From: Aplysia californica
Lineage: Eukaryota
Reading direction: 5' to 3'
Assembly (NCBI RefSeq): GCF_000002075.1
Contig: NW_004797349.1
Coordinates: forward strand, 1,646,776 to 1,710,775
Length of the DNA stretch: 64,000 nt
In this document: one piece after another, positions 35,305 to 46,600 of the stretch
How positions within the stretch are numbered: position 1 is the stretch's first letter
Layout of the letters: each line of letters opens with the position of its first letter
Made by a program: the position numbers and the translations under genes
Notes under the pieces: generated by a model
What the model saw: only the letters and a program-made list of their open reading frames with translations
Database searches by the model: none
What the model was told of the DNA's origin: nothing

Positions 35305-36145
35305 NNNNNNNNNNNNNNNNNNNNNNNNNNNNNNNNNNNNNNNNNNNNNNNNNNNNNNNNNNNNNNNNNNNNNNNNNNNNNNNNNNNNNNNNNNNNNNNN
35401 NNNNNNNNNNNNNNNNNNNNNNNNNNNNNNNNNNNNNNNNNNNNNNNNNNNNNNNNNNNNNNNNNNNNNNNNNNNNNNNNNNNNNNNNNNNNNNNNNNNN
35501 NNNNNNNNNNNNNNNNNNNNNNNNNNNNNNNNNNNNNNNNNNNNNNNNNNNNNNNNNNNNNNNNNNNNNNNNNNNNNNNNNNNNNNNNNNNNNNNNNNNN
35601 NNNNNNNNNNNNNNNNNNNNNNNNNNNNNNNNNNNNNNNNNNNNNNNNNNNNNNNNNNNNNNNNNNNNNNNNNNNNNNNNNNNNNNNNNNNNNNNNNNNN
35701 NNNNNNNNNNNNNNNNNNNNNNNNNNNNNNNNNNNNNNNNNNNNNNNNNNNNNNNNNNNNNNNNNNNNNNNNNNNNNNNNNNNNNNNNNNNNNNNNNNNN
35801 NNNNNNNNNNNNNNNNNNNNNNNNNNNNNNNNNNNNNNNNNNNNNNNNNNNNNNNNNNNNNNNNNNNNNNNNNNNNNNNNNNNNNNNNNNNNNNNNNNNN
35901 NNNNNNNNNNNNNNNNNNNNNNNNNNNNNNNNNNNNNNNNNNNNNNNNNNNNNNNNNNNNNNNNNNNNNNNNNNNNNNNNNNNNNNNNNNNNNNNNNNNN
36001 NNNNNNNNNNNNNNNNNNNNNNNNNNNNNNNNNNNNNNNNNNNNNNNNNNNNNNNNNNNNNNNNNNNNNNNNNNNNNNNNNNNNNNNNNNNNNNNNNNNN
36101 NNNNNNNNNNNNNNNNNNNNNNNNNNNNNNNNNNNNNNNNNNNNN
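35305..36145. other. Assembly gap (841 N)
   Basis: Run of N. Confidence 1.
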
Positions 36146-36239
36146 CCCCCACACACACACACATGATGTAGATCTATATGCCGCACCAGGCTCTAAAAGG
36201 GGTGTATTTTATGTTTATGTACAATTCAGTGTTTAATAT

Positions 36240-37170
36240 AATGTTAATTAAGTACCTCGGAAGTATATTCACAGAGGATGGGCGATTGAACAGAGAAATT
36301 GAAACACGAGTGCAAAAGGCCAATAATTTTAGTTACCAGCCTACTCCACTACTGAAACATCCTAACATCCCCATGACTACAAAACTCAAAATGATCAACA
36401 CCATATTCATCCCTACACCTGTCCCCGTAGAATTATGCAAATTTAGAAGGCCAAATTATGCAAAAAAAAGCAAAATTATGCAAGTTACCGTAACACCATT
36501 CGCGACATGTTTTGCACTTTTTCAACGAGAAGTTTCATGATTTTCATGTTTTATGTACAGAAAAATTGAAAACGGAACCTATCAGTATCAGTAATGTGTT
36601 GTGTATTTGGAAAAGAAAACAATACACATAAGTTAAAAAAAAAAAACAAAAAACCAAAAAATATAATCTCTGTGACTTTCAGCTGTAGATCTAGATTCTA
36701 GATCTATAAAGGGAAAAAAATGCTTTAAAAAAAAAAGGACATCTGGACCTCTGATGCAGGCACATTACTAAAACCAGGGACACCTGTCAAACATGAAACA
36801 TCAGCAGATATGAGAACAATAACTTTTGATGGATTGAAAAATTGAACATGCTCAAGGAACAAAATCCCAACCCATAACCAAGATCTTCTAACAAGGGAAA
36901 TAACCAACTTTTCACTTAAATGAGACTTATTACGGTGATCACGTCCCTTTAGTCATATGGCGACGAGTTAATTAATTGTTTTGTGAAAAAAAAAGAAAAA
37001 CACGTGAAAAAACCCAAAGAATCTAAAATTATGCCTATGCAAATGTTGCAGAACTAGGCCTAGGCTACGCGAAAAAACGCGGCCGTACAATCGCATAATC
37101 ATACGGGGACAGATACACTCACCTACCAATGCCAAACATGGACCACGAACAAGAAAAACATTAACCAACC
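36240..37170 (+). mobile_element. RTE-type reverse transcriptase fragment split by a MITE
   Basis: IKYLGSIFTEDGRLNREIETRVQKAN...INTIFIPT | LTYQCQTWT resumes after 37118. Confidence 0.75.
36419..37112. mobile_element. MITE with CTGTCCCCGTA termini
   Basis: TIR CTGTCCCCGTAGAATTATGC / GCATAATCATACGGGGACAG; flanks ctacac/atacac (5-6-bp duplication). Confidence 0.75.
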
Positions 37171-37570
37171 ACGCATCCCCCTGACCCGGCGGGTAAAAGT
37201 AAAGTAAAGTAATAATGTTGATAGTTAATGTTAGGCATTAATGCTACAGATCTTGGACTTCATATGAATAGATCTAATCTAGATCTAGATCTAGATAATC
37301 TAGAAAGATCAAGCTATCTGGATGGAGAATTATGTAGTCGTAGGTGGGGCCACTTACGCATTACAGCAGAATAAGAAAACAAAACTGTGTTCAAAGAAAA
37401 ACAAAACAAGATAGCCCAGTTATTTACCGAAATAATAATGACAGATCTAGGTCCCTATTGTATTTTTTTTTTTTTATTATTCTGCCACGCTGTAGGCTAA
37501 CATGTGTCGAGGGAAATAGGCTAGGCTAGGCATTGTAATCAATAGAAAAAGGCGAACAGGTCTAATAAAT

Positions 37571-37615
37571 CGGAAATGACGTATTCGAGAGTACTTTTTT
37601 TGTGGACAAGATGGC
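37571..37615 (+). promoter_or_regulatory. Housekeeping-type proximal promoter motifs of TARS1
   Basis: CGGAAATGACGTA (ETS/CRE-like composite) 40 nt upstream of the ATG, and YY1-like CAAGATGGC overlapping the start codon. Confidence 0.5.
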
Positions 37616-37667
37616 AGAAAACGTGGCTAAAGGAGTCGAGAAGATGGACCTTTCTGATCAAAAAAAG
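37611..37667 (+). CDS. TARS1: TARS1 exon 1 (GC donor)
   Basis: [19 protein letters not shown] then AAG|gcatga; in-frame TGA follows if unspliced. Confidence 0.75.
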
Positions 37668-40600
37668 GCATGACCGGTTCCTTTTTTAGTTAAATCATCT
37701 CTACAACACAATGTTTCCGTCAAGGATAAGTTTTCTTCATTTTGCAAAGAGGCTAGGCACGACATACTTGAGGGCGATGAGCATGGTTCGTAGTACTTCG
37801 TGACCGGTTTACTTGACAACTAATGTAGAAACTAGAATAGCCTCTATGAACTTGTGTGTCTCTATCCGCGTCGAATGCTTGTTCTGTAATTCAGACCTCG
37901 CCTTTTAAGACAAAAAATAATAGTATTACATGAAAAGAAAAGGTCAGCATTAGGCTACGTTCGGAGGGCTGAGGTAAAGTAGGCCTATGGGCAACTGGTT
38001 TTGATGTAGAGATCAGTGAGGGTGAGGCAATGGTCATCATGACTTAGAATGATGCAATAACTTGGATCATGGAGAAAGTGGTACTACCTGGTCAAAATTT
38101 AACTTTTTGGATTGGTTCTGTTCATTGTGTTTCCAATTTGAAGTGTTTTGTTTCAGTTATTTTGGTTGATTCTGGATCTTGAATTGTTTTCAAGTAGCCT
38201 ATTTAATTGGTTTCACGCACTGTGTGTGCGGATTTTTCATTCAAATTCAGTCTCATTGAAATTTACGAGCTGTACAGTGTAGGCCGTATCTAGAAATCTA
38301 GATTTAGAATCTAGATCTAGATCTCGTATGGATTGGCAAGATCTTGCATCATTATCATAATCATATATAGGGCCTAGGCCTACGTAAAAAAACCAGTACA
38401 GGTGTTAAGAGATTGGAGACATACGGATTTCTCTGACGTCTCTTTCAGTAGGTTTTTTTAGTTTTATAGTTAGGCTAGGCTAATTTTAATGGGGGGTTTT
38501 TTTGATGATCAAATAAATCTGCAGAAAATATTACTACTATCACACCAGGCAATTTGTCTTGGGGTTGCTTTGGTGTTTCTCTTGAAAATATGATCAGATG
38601 GCTGGAAAGGCACTGTTGAGGACTGAATTCTGAAATGGAAAAAAAAATTGCCTTCATTTTCAACACTTGATTTGTTTTTCTTTTATAGCTGAAAAAAGAT
38701 TGAATAAATTTGTAAATGTGGCATTCAGAGCAGGGATGCTGTTGAATTTTTATCTAAGATTAATGAAAGGCAAGGGGATGATCGAGAATTTTATGCTGTT
38801 TTGAATTAAAAAGTAAAATAAAATGAATGTCCTATAGTGCCTGTGCTTTTAAGTTTGCGTGAAAAAAATGTTCAGCTCTTTGTTCTGTGACTGTTTTAAT
38901 TAAGACTCGACTCGATCTACATCGGGAAATGGTGTACTAAATTAACACTATTATGTTTATTACAGAAAGCTGGAGATAAAGGCAAGAAACAAGGAGGAGG
39001 AGAAAAAAAAGCCATGGAGGTAGGCTTTTTTTCGATTCTGTAACTTTTTTTCTGTGCATGTGTAAAAGTTTGACAGATGTGAATCGTGAACATAAAAAAT
39101 TGTCAAGTTATTATTGGTGGAACTTAACTGAACCTCATGATGAAAATCTTGAACTCTTTTCTTTCCTTTATAAAAATTTATTTGTTAAAATGTAGGCTAT
39201 TTAATGATTTCAGAACCTTAGGCTGGCTGTAATTTTGTGTGCAATTAATTACAGACGTGTTGTGTATTATATATTTTTTTTTAAAAGATTGAATTTGCAA
39301 AGTGGATGGTTCGCGGGTGCTGTGGTGTGGTTTGCTCCTTCTTTTCTATAAAAAAATCTATCTTCTGTATCTCCCCTCCTTCTTTTTTTGTGTTTGCTAC
39401 TCTCTTGTAACACCTCCAATCTTCGGCACTTATATGACCTTTTTGTGTTGCAATTGCCGTAAAACTCTTACTAAAACAAAAAGAGTGAATTTGCAGAAAT
39501 GCTTCTGGAACAGTTAAAATTGGAACGATCGCACTGCCAGCAGGGCTGATGGTGTTTGCAAGTAAAGTTGGTTTATTTGTCACAAACTAGCAACGTTGAT
39601 TGTGTAGTTATTTTGTACTGGACTTTTTTGTCCATGAATATTGAAGCCTAGGGAAAGGATTGATCATAGTCTCAGTTTCAGTTAAATTAAAGTGAGTTTT
39701 TGTTGGTGAAAAAGAATGTGTTGCTTAGAAACATTCAAGTGTGGCGGCTTACTCTGTCTGACCCATTAACATTGTGTAAATAGTGATGGCACAAGGTCCT
39801 GTGCAGGGAGGACGGAGGAGAGGCAGGCAGAAGAAGAGATGGGAGGATAACATCCGAGAATGGACAGCCATGGAGCTGCGTGACACACTGAGGAAAGCAG
39901 AGAGCCGAGGGGAGTGGAGGAGATTTTTTGTCATCTGTGGGAGGCGACCCAATGGATGACAGATCTGTGGGCGCAGAAAAGAAAAAATATTTAAAAATAA
40001 TGATGTCCAAAAGGCATCATAAGGCTAATACTTCTTTACCATTTCTTAACAGAAATAGGAATGGGTTTTCTTCTTTGTAAAAGGAAAGGCCTTCAAAAGC
40101 ATTTTTAGTAATTTTTACATTTTGTGACTGTGATCTTTTCATTTCTAAGCTTAATATAATATGTATATATTTTTGACTATAAGTTTTACAGAAGCTGCAT
40201 TCTCGACTGGTTTTAAAAGTTATTCTATAACATTGTAAAATAACTGTAATGTTCTGTGCTGTGACTTTGAATGTACATATTTATACCTTCTACAAACCAT
40301 AGGAAGGACATGGTCCACTTTTCTCCTGGTATAAATAAGAGGCTTTTTCTTTATTGTTTTCCTTGGCTACTCCAGTTTCTTCTTGCCTGATTTTTCCGGA
40401 CCTTATATGACTACTTGTTATTCAGTGGTTCCCTATTAATTCAAACTGTCTTGTACTCTCTAGCTGAAGCCGCCACCAGATTATATTGAGCATCGTCAAA
40501 AATTATGGGACAAGCTAAAGAAAGAGAGAGATGACTGGATAGCTGCTCAAGAAAAGGTCCCGATCAAAGTCACTTTACCAGATGGTGCTGTAAAGGAGGG

Positions 40601-43600
40601 AAATGCCTTTCAAACTACTCCTTATGAAGTTGCTGCAGCAATTAGGTAAAGCAGATCTGATATATATTCACAAGGATGTAGTTCTGAAGTGGCACGATAC
40701 TCTATAGTTTTATTAAAAATAGTCAATATTGTCCCTACCTTGCCTTCAGAATCATAAACCTTACATCATATTCGATTTGGTTTGTCTTTATATCTTATTA
40801 AATTTGATAGAGGTGTAGCAAAAATGTTTCTATGACTATGTAAAGTACTGTTTTGAGCACTCATGGTGTGCAATTCAGTATTAGTTTTACTCCTCTATTA
40901 ATGGTTCTTTTTAGATGATGTTGGACTGACATCAAACTTAGGCGTATCTACCTGATAGAATTTTAAAATGAGAGCGTTAGTATTTCAGCTATTAATGCCA
41001 GTATTAGCTATTCAAGGAACATGTTCTCCAGAAACACAGATTAGTCCAAACTTTTTGTTTCTTGTTGTGAAATGACTTTGTATGTCTTTTTTTTTTATTG
41101 TTTTAGGCGTCATAATATGTTCTTATTTTCAGTCCACTGAGTTTAAACAATTATTTTTCAAGATGCCTCTGTAGTTCCTATCTTTCTAGTGTACTTACCT
41201 TAAGTAGTCAGGTTTCTCGAAGATCCAGCAAAGTAGAATGATTGAATTGTGCATTGCTGTATGTGTATCATTGAACATAAATACAATGAGCACGTTTGCA
41301 TGTTGATACTGAATCTTTGTATTTTGATGTACTTGTATATCAACCCAAGGTTTTCCTTATTGATTAATGAAGTTTATGTTATCTTTTATTATATTTTACC
41401 GCAGCAAATGGTTTAGTCTTTGAGAAGTGAAACTGCAAGTTAGTCATGTGTGTTCTATAAAATAACAGTGGAAAAATATATTTTGTCTCAAAATATTGTC
41501 ATCACAGCCAAGGCCTTGCTGATAGCACTGTGGTTGCCAAAGTGAATGGAGAATTGTGGGACTTGGACCGACCGTTTGAAAAAGACTCTTCTCTTCAACT
41601 GTTGAAGTTTGACGATCCAGAAGGTAAAAAACCCCAAACCCTTAGACTTTAAATTCGTATATTTTGTCAAGTCCTGTGAAAGATGCAGATGATTTAATTG
41701 GTAGTTGTCTTTTTACTGTAAATTGGAGACAGGAAGTAAGTTTAAGAATGTTTGAACCCTTTCTTTGTTAGCAGTGACTCGATACAGGTCACTCGGATGT
41801 TGTTTATGGATATCTGCTCAATTGAAGTCCTTAAGACAGAGGTGTTTTTATTGAGGAATACAGAAGTGGAATTACTTAATTACATATAAACTCTTACTTC
41901 ACCATCGTAAACAGTTGCAACTTTAAGACTTTGTATGACTTACAGTTTTATTTTTGCAATATGCTTTTTCCAGTCACTTTGAAGATGTTAGTATTAATGC
42001 TTTATTCTCTCAGGCATTTGATTCGACATCTCTCTATCCTCCTTATCTTTCTTTCTTCTTCTGTTTGTATGTTAAACGTTGTGTGGAGAAGACAAATTAA
42101 ATTACTTTGTGTGGAGGAATATTATTAGATGTCCCCTTCTGTCTTCTGGGAAGTTGTATCCCTCTCAACCCAAGTTGACCCTGACAGACAGGGTTGATGC
42201 AGCCTATTTCGTAAATGACGTGAATTGTTTCGTTGGAAATGTAACGCACGTACAGTTATAATTGCATACTATTCTTTTGTGTGTTTGTCAGGTCAGTATG
42301 TGTTCTGGCACTCCAGCGCTCACATGCTGGGAGAGGCAATGGAACGACAGTGTGGAGGACATCTGTGCTACGGGCCTCCTGTCGATGGGGGATTCTACTA
42401 TGATATGTGGAGTCCTGAGTGAGTTTTTTTGGTTTAGCTGAGAGTCATTACTTTGTTAGCTCTATTTTTTGTTGCTGTAGTCATGCAGTGATTTCAGGGA
42501 AGAGAGTAAGTTTAAGAACACTGAAAAAACCCCCAACCCAGCTCAATATGAAAATTAAGTTTTTTCTCCTTATTGAAAATAGATCAATATCGCTATAGAT
42601 ATATAGCATATAAAAATATTTAATGAGAAGTAAATTACATGTGAATTGAGAGGCGAAATTTGTAGATTGGGTGTGCAAAAGGTGATAAATGTCTGTTCAG
42701 CACAATCTGTTTGTGTAGTATAAAGTATAGAAATGAGGCTCTCGCCGATGTTTTCTTTGCTCTAGGGGCTCGAAGACTGTTTTTTTAAAGCTAGTTAAGT
42801 AATGCTTGTTAGGGAAATGATATAACCATTGCTTTGTAAAGGAATAAGACTTATGTCAATTTGTTATTTTAATGTCACTTTGCAGACCAGTGTCCAGCAG
42901 TCAGTTACCAGTTTTGGAGTCTTTGGTGAAGACTATTTCCAAAGAGAAGCAGCCATTTGAGAGATTGGAGATGAGAAAAGAAGACCTGCTGAAGATGTTT
43001 GAGGTGTTTATATTCTTCGTTAAATTTGTTTAACGTATGACTGGGTCGGAAGAAGATCTTTAATTTTGTGTGTGGAATACATGAGAGAGAGGTCGAAAGT
43101 TTTTTGTTGTGGATTTTAAAAAAATATTTTTTTTGCAAGATTGTTAGCTGTAATTAAAGATAGGTTTTGGACGGATGCACTGTTAGTCTGATCTGAAAAG
43201 TTTATTTTCTTTTTCTGAACCGTTGACACCTTGGAAGTGTGTCTTTGAAAACATCAGTAGTAAGACAAGATAACATTCTTTTCTTAGCATTGATTCACAT
43301 AAATGTCATCGTCATTATGCCATTTTGGCCTAAACTTTGAGACATTTCTGTTATCAGAGTGCTGTGAGACCTTGGAAGATGAGGTGAATTCATTTGTTTG
43401 TTTACCCAGTAATTTCTGCCCCTTTCTCTTGTTGACACCCGTGCCTCGGACTGTTTTTATTCCTTTAATCACTATTTGTGTAACCTTAAATGATGAAAGA
43501 TGTTTCCAAACCTGAACGTCCTCCTCTTGCTATGCAGTCTTTTTCTTTGAAAAAACGTTTCCACCAACTCTGATCCATTTGCCCTGCCTCCAGTCCCAGG

Positions 43601-46600
43601 TGTTAGAGCTTGTTTGTGCCATGACCTTATATATATGGGTTAGGTAGACAGATGGTTTTACTGATTCACAGGATCATGTCATCTTTGTTTCTTTTGATCA
43701 CCATTATAGAAAGAACAAATGTTCAAATTTTTCATGTTCAGATTAAATTTTTGCTTGCTTTAGATACAAACAATATATAGACATCATCAGTGGTAGATAT
43801 TTCTGATGCAAGAACTCAAATTGTCATGAGCATCTGTTAGGTGGTTGGAATGAAGAAAGTGCTCTTCAATGCTCCTTCTGTATGTGTTAAAGACTGCTTT
43901 TCCCCTTTTCAGAGAATAATAAAAGAAAATTAGAATGCAGTGAAGGAGAGATTTATGTGAAGTACAGCAATTTTTTTCTTATTTGTACTTTGTGTTGTAT
44001 AAGGAACTTTGGTACACATGTTTATTTTGCTGGTGTTTTAATGTCTCCAGTACAACGAATTCAAGCAAAGGATCATCAAAAACAAAGTGCAAACCCCAAC
44101 CACCACTGTGTACAAGTGAGTATAGACTAAGTTAGTGTTTGTACATGGCAGTTCGTTTCCTCTTGTATTATTTTTTAAGGATTTAAGGAAAGTATTTTGC
44201 AATCCACTTTACGATACAGCACATGGCTGTTCTTCTTTTATGTTCATTCATCCCACATTGATCAAGATGCAAAAGTTATAAAACTGTTTTTACTCATATA
44301 ACATTTTTCTCCCACACAACATGGATTCATTTTTTTTCGTATTTGGGCACTTCTTCCTTTGACCATTCCTCTATGAGGATCTCCACATTCAACGTGACAT
44401 CATAGAGGTGTATGTTCAGTGGTGCTTAAGAAACAAGCAGAGAGACATACATGATTGTCTTTCCCATTTTACAGCAAGGGCTGCTGGTGTTGATTTTAAA
44501 AAAGTTATGACCATTTTCACCTTATTGTTTAGACCGCTCATATCATTTGGTCTGGTAATGCTGTCAAGAATAGGGTGTCATTTTTCCTTGTGTGTCCTCA
44601 GGTGCGGTCCATTGATAGATCTCTGTCGAGGGCCTCATGTGCGTCACACTGGGAAAGTCAAAGCTCTAGCTGTCACCAAAGTGAGTGGTCACTTAAAAAT
44701 ATGAGGCTATAGGAATACCTGCTAGAATCATGGCTTGGTTAATGTGGTTTAAAAGATTGTAAGAGGAAGGACTTTTTTTTACGGCCCTTGGAACCACTCT
44801 TCAGTTTGAAGTTGCCATGGAGACTGAATGTTGGGGCAAAAGTAGAAATTGTGTTTTGCAGCCTTAATTTTATACCAATAATTCTAAGATTTTTAAAAAG
44901 GGCAAAAGTAGAAATTGTGTTTTGTAGCCTTAATTTTATACCAATAATTCTACTAAGATTTTTAAAAAATAGACTGTCTGAAAAGTTGGGTTTAAAAAAA
45001 ATTTCTTTAAAGTTGATATGAAGAATGTGAAGTTTGAAATCATTTTAGAGAATGCTGTTGGTTTTTCAGTGGATCTTATATTTTAAAATAATCCTTTGAA
45101 TTTCTTACCAGAATTCTTCTACCTACTGGGAGGGTAACTCAGAGGCTGAGACGCTGCAGAGAGTCTATGGAATCTCCTTTCCAGATCCCAAACAGTTGAA
45201 AGAATGGAAGCACTTGCAAGAGGAGGCTGCGAAAAGAGATCATCGCAAAATTGGAAGGGTGAGCGTTTTGTGCTCTCCCCTTATGTACAGTTATCTATTT
45301 GTTTAGACTATTAATGACAATAGAAAGAAGTGCATATTTAAGTATTTAAGTCGTAGCCATTTGCATAAGAAGGTGTGAAGTTAACACGGAAAAAGACATT
45401 AAACTAAATATCTGCTAATGTGCCCACTTTTTTTTTTTCCATCATGGTCAGGGAAAACAAAGTAAAGGAGTTTTTATTTTTTAAACTCGTCTTATCTTAG
45501 TTAATTTTGAGCATAGTCCACTGAACTTGTCAAACTTTCAGCAAACTTAATTTTGTACATTGTTCACAGATTGTGTCATACTTATGGCTGAAATAATCCT
45601 TCTTCAAAATAGCAATTAAATTGACTACTTCGTATTCCAACAGGAACAAGAACTGTTCTTCTTCCATGAGCTCAGTCCAGGCAGTTGTTTCTTCTTGCCA
45701 AAAGGAGCCCACATATACAACACTTTGGTCAGTTACATCAGGGTAAGTTTTCCAAGACCTAAACTTTATGTGCTTTCTAAAAATTTGTGTTTCTCTTTGA
45801 TTAAGAAAAATAAACGACTTAATTCCTTCAGGAACTGCAGCCTTTATATGATTTCAAAGGCATGGAAATGGAAAATTATTTGTACTTATTGAGGTGGTCA
45901 TAATAGTTTGAATGATGGTTGTACTTTCTTTATATTACTAAAAATAGTCTCTGAGCATGGCAGAATGCCTGTTTTATGAGACACTGCGCTTTGAGACGTT
46001 TTAGAAGCAATTGGTTTGATTTGGAATTAAAAAGGGTGTTCAAATCAATAATTCAGTTCTGTCTGAAGTAAATGGTCTTCTGGGTATACATTCTAACATA
46101 GTTTTTCTAAGAGAATTTCCTGAACTAGAACATGGTTATTCTCTTCTTCCTTTGTTGACTGTCTTGGTATTTTTTTTCAGGAGCATTACTGGGAGAGAGG
46201 TTTCTCGGAGGTTGTTTCTCCAAACATCTACAACAGCAAGTTGTGGGAAACGTCTGGACATTGGCAACATTATTCTGTAAGTCACACACTCAAGGCCAAT
46301 TCATTGTGTTTATCTACTTTCTCTTCATTTACATGCTGTCAGTAGGAGATACTGAAAACTTTTTTTGTTTTGAGAGCTGGAGACATATTTTAGACAAATG
46401 GTGCGCAGCTGGCGAGAAGTAGAGAAGATTGCCAAAAACAGAGTCAGGTGGAGAGCCCTTCTTGGCGGCCTATACCCAATAGCAGGGTGAAAGAGGCAGA
46501 TGATGATGATGAAGACGACTTGTTTTGTTTGGTTTATTACGTGTTTTTTTTATAAGCAAGGAAATGGGGAGACCTTATTTATTTTGATTATGAGTTATGG

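Noticed and set aside
35126-36236. Five long ORFs of about 300-350 aa
   Set aside because: Artefacts of translating through the N gap.
42130-42260. Hairpins ending in ACA in TARS1 intron 4, possible H/ACA snoRNA
   Set aside because: No ANANNA hinge between two hairpins, and the ACA is very close to the acceptor.
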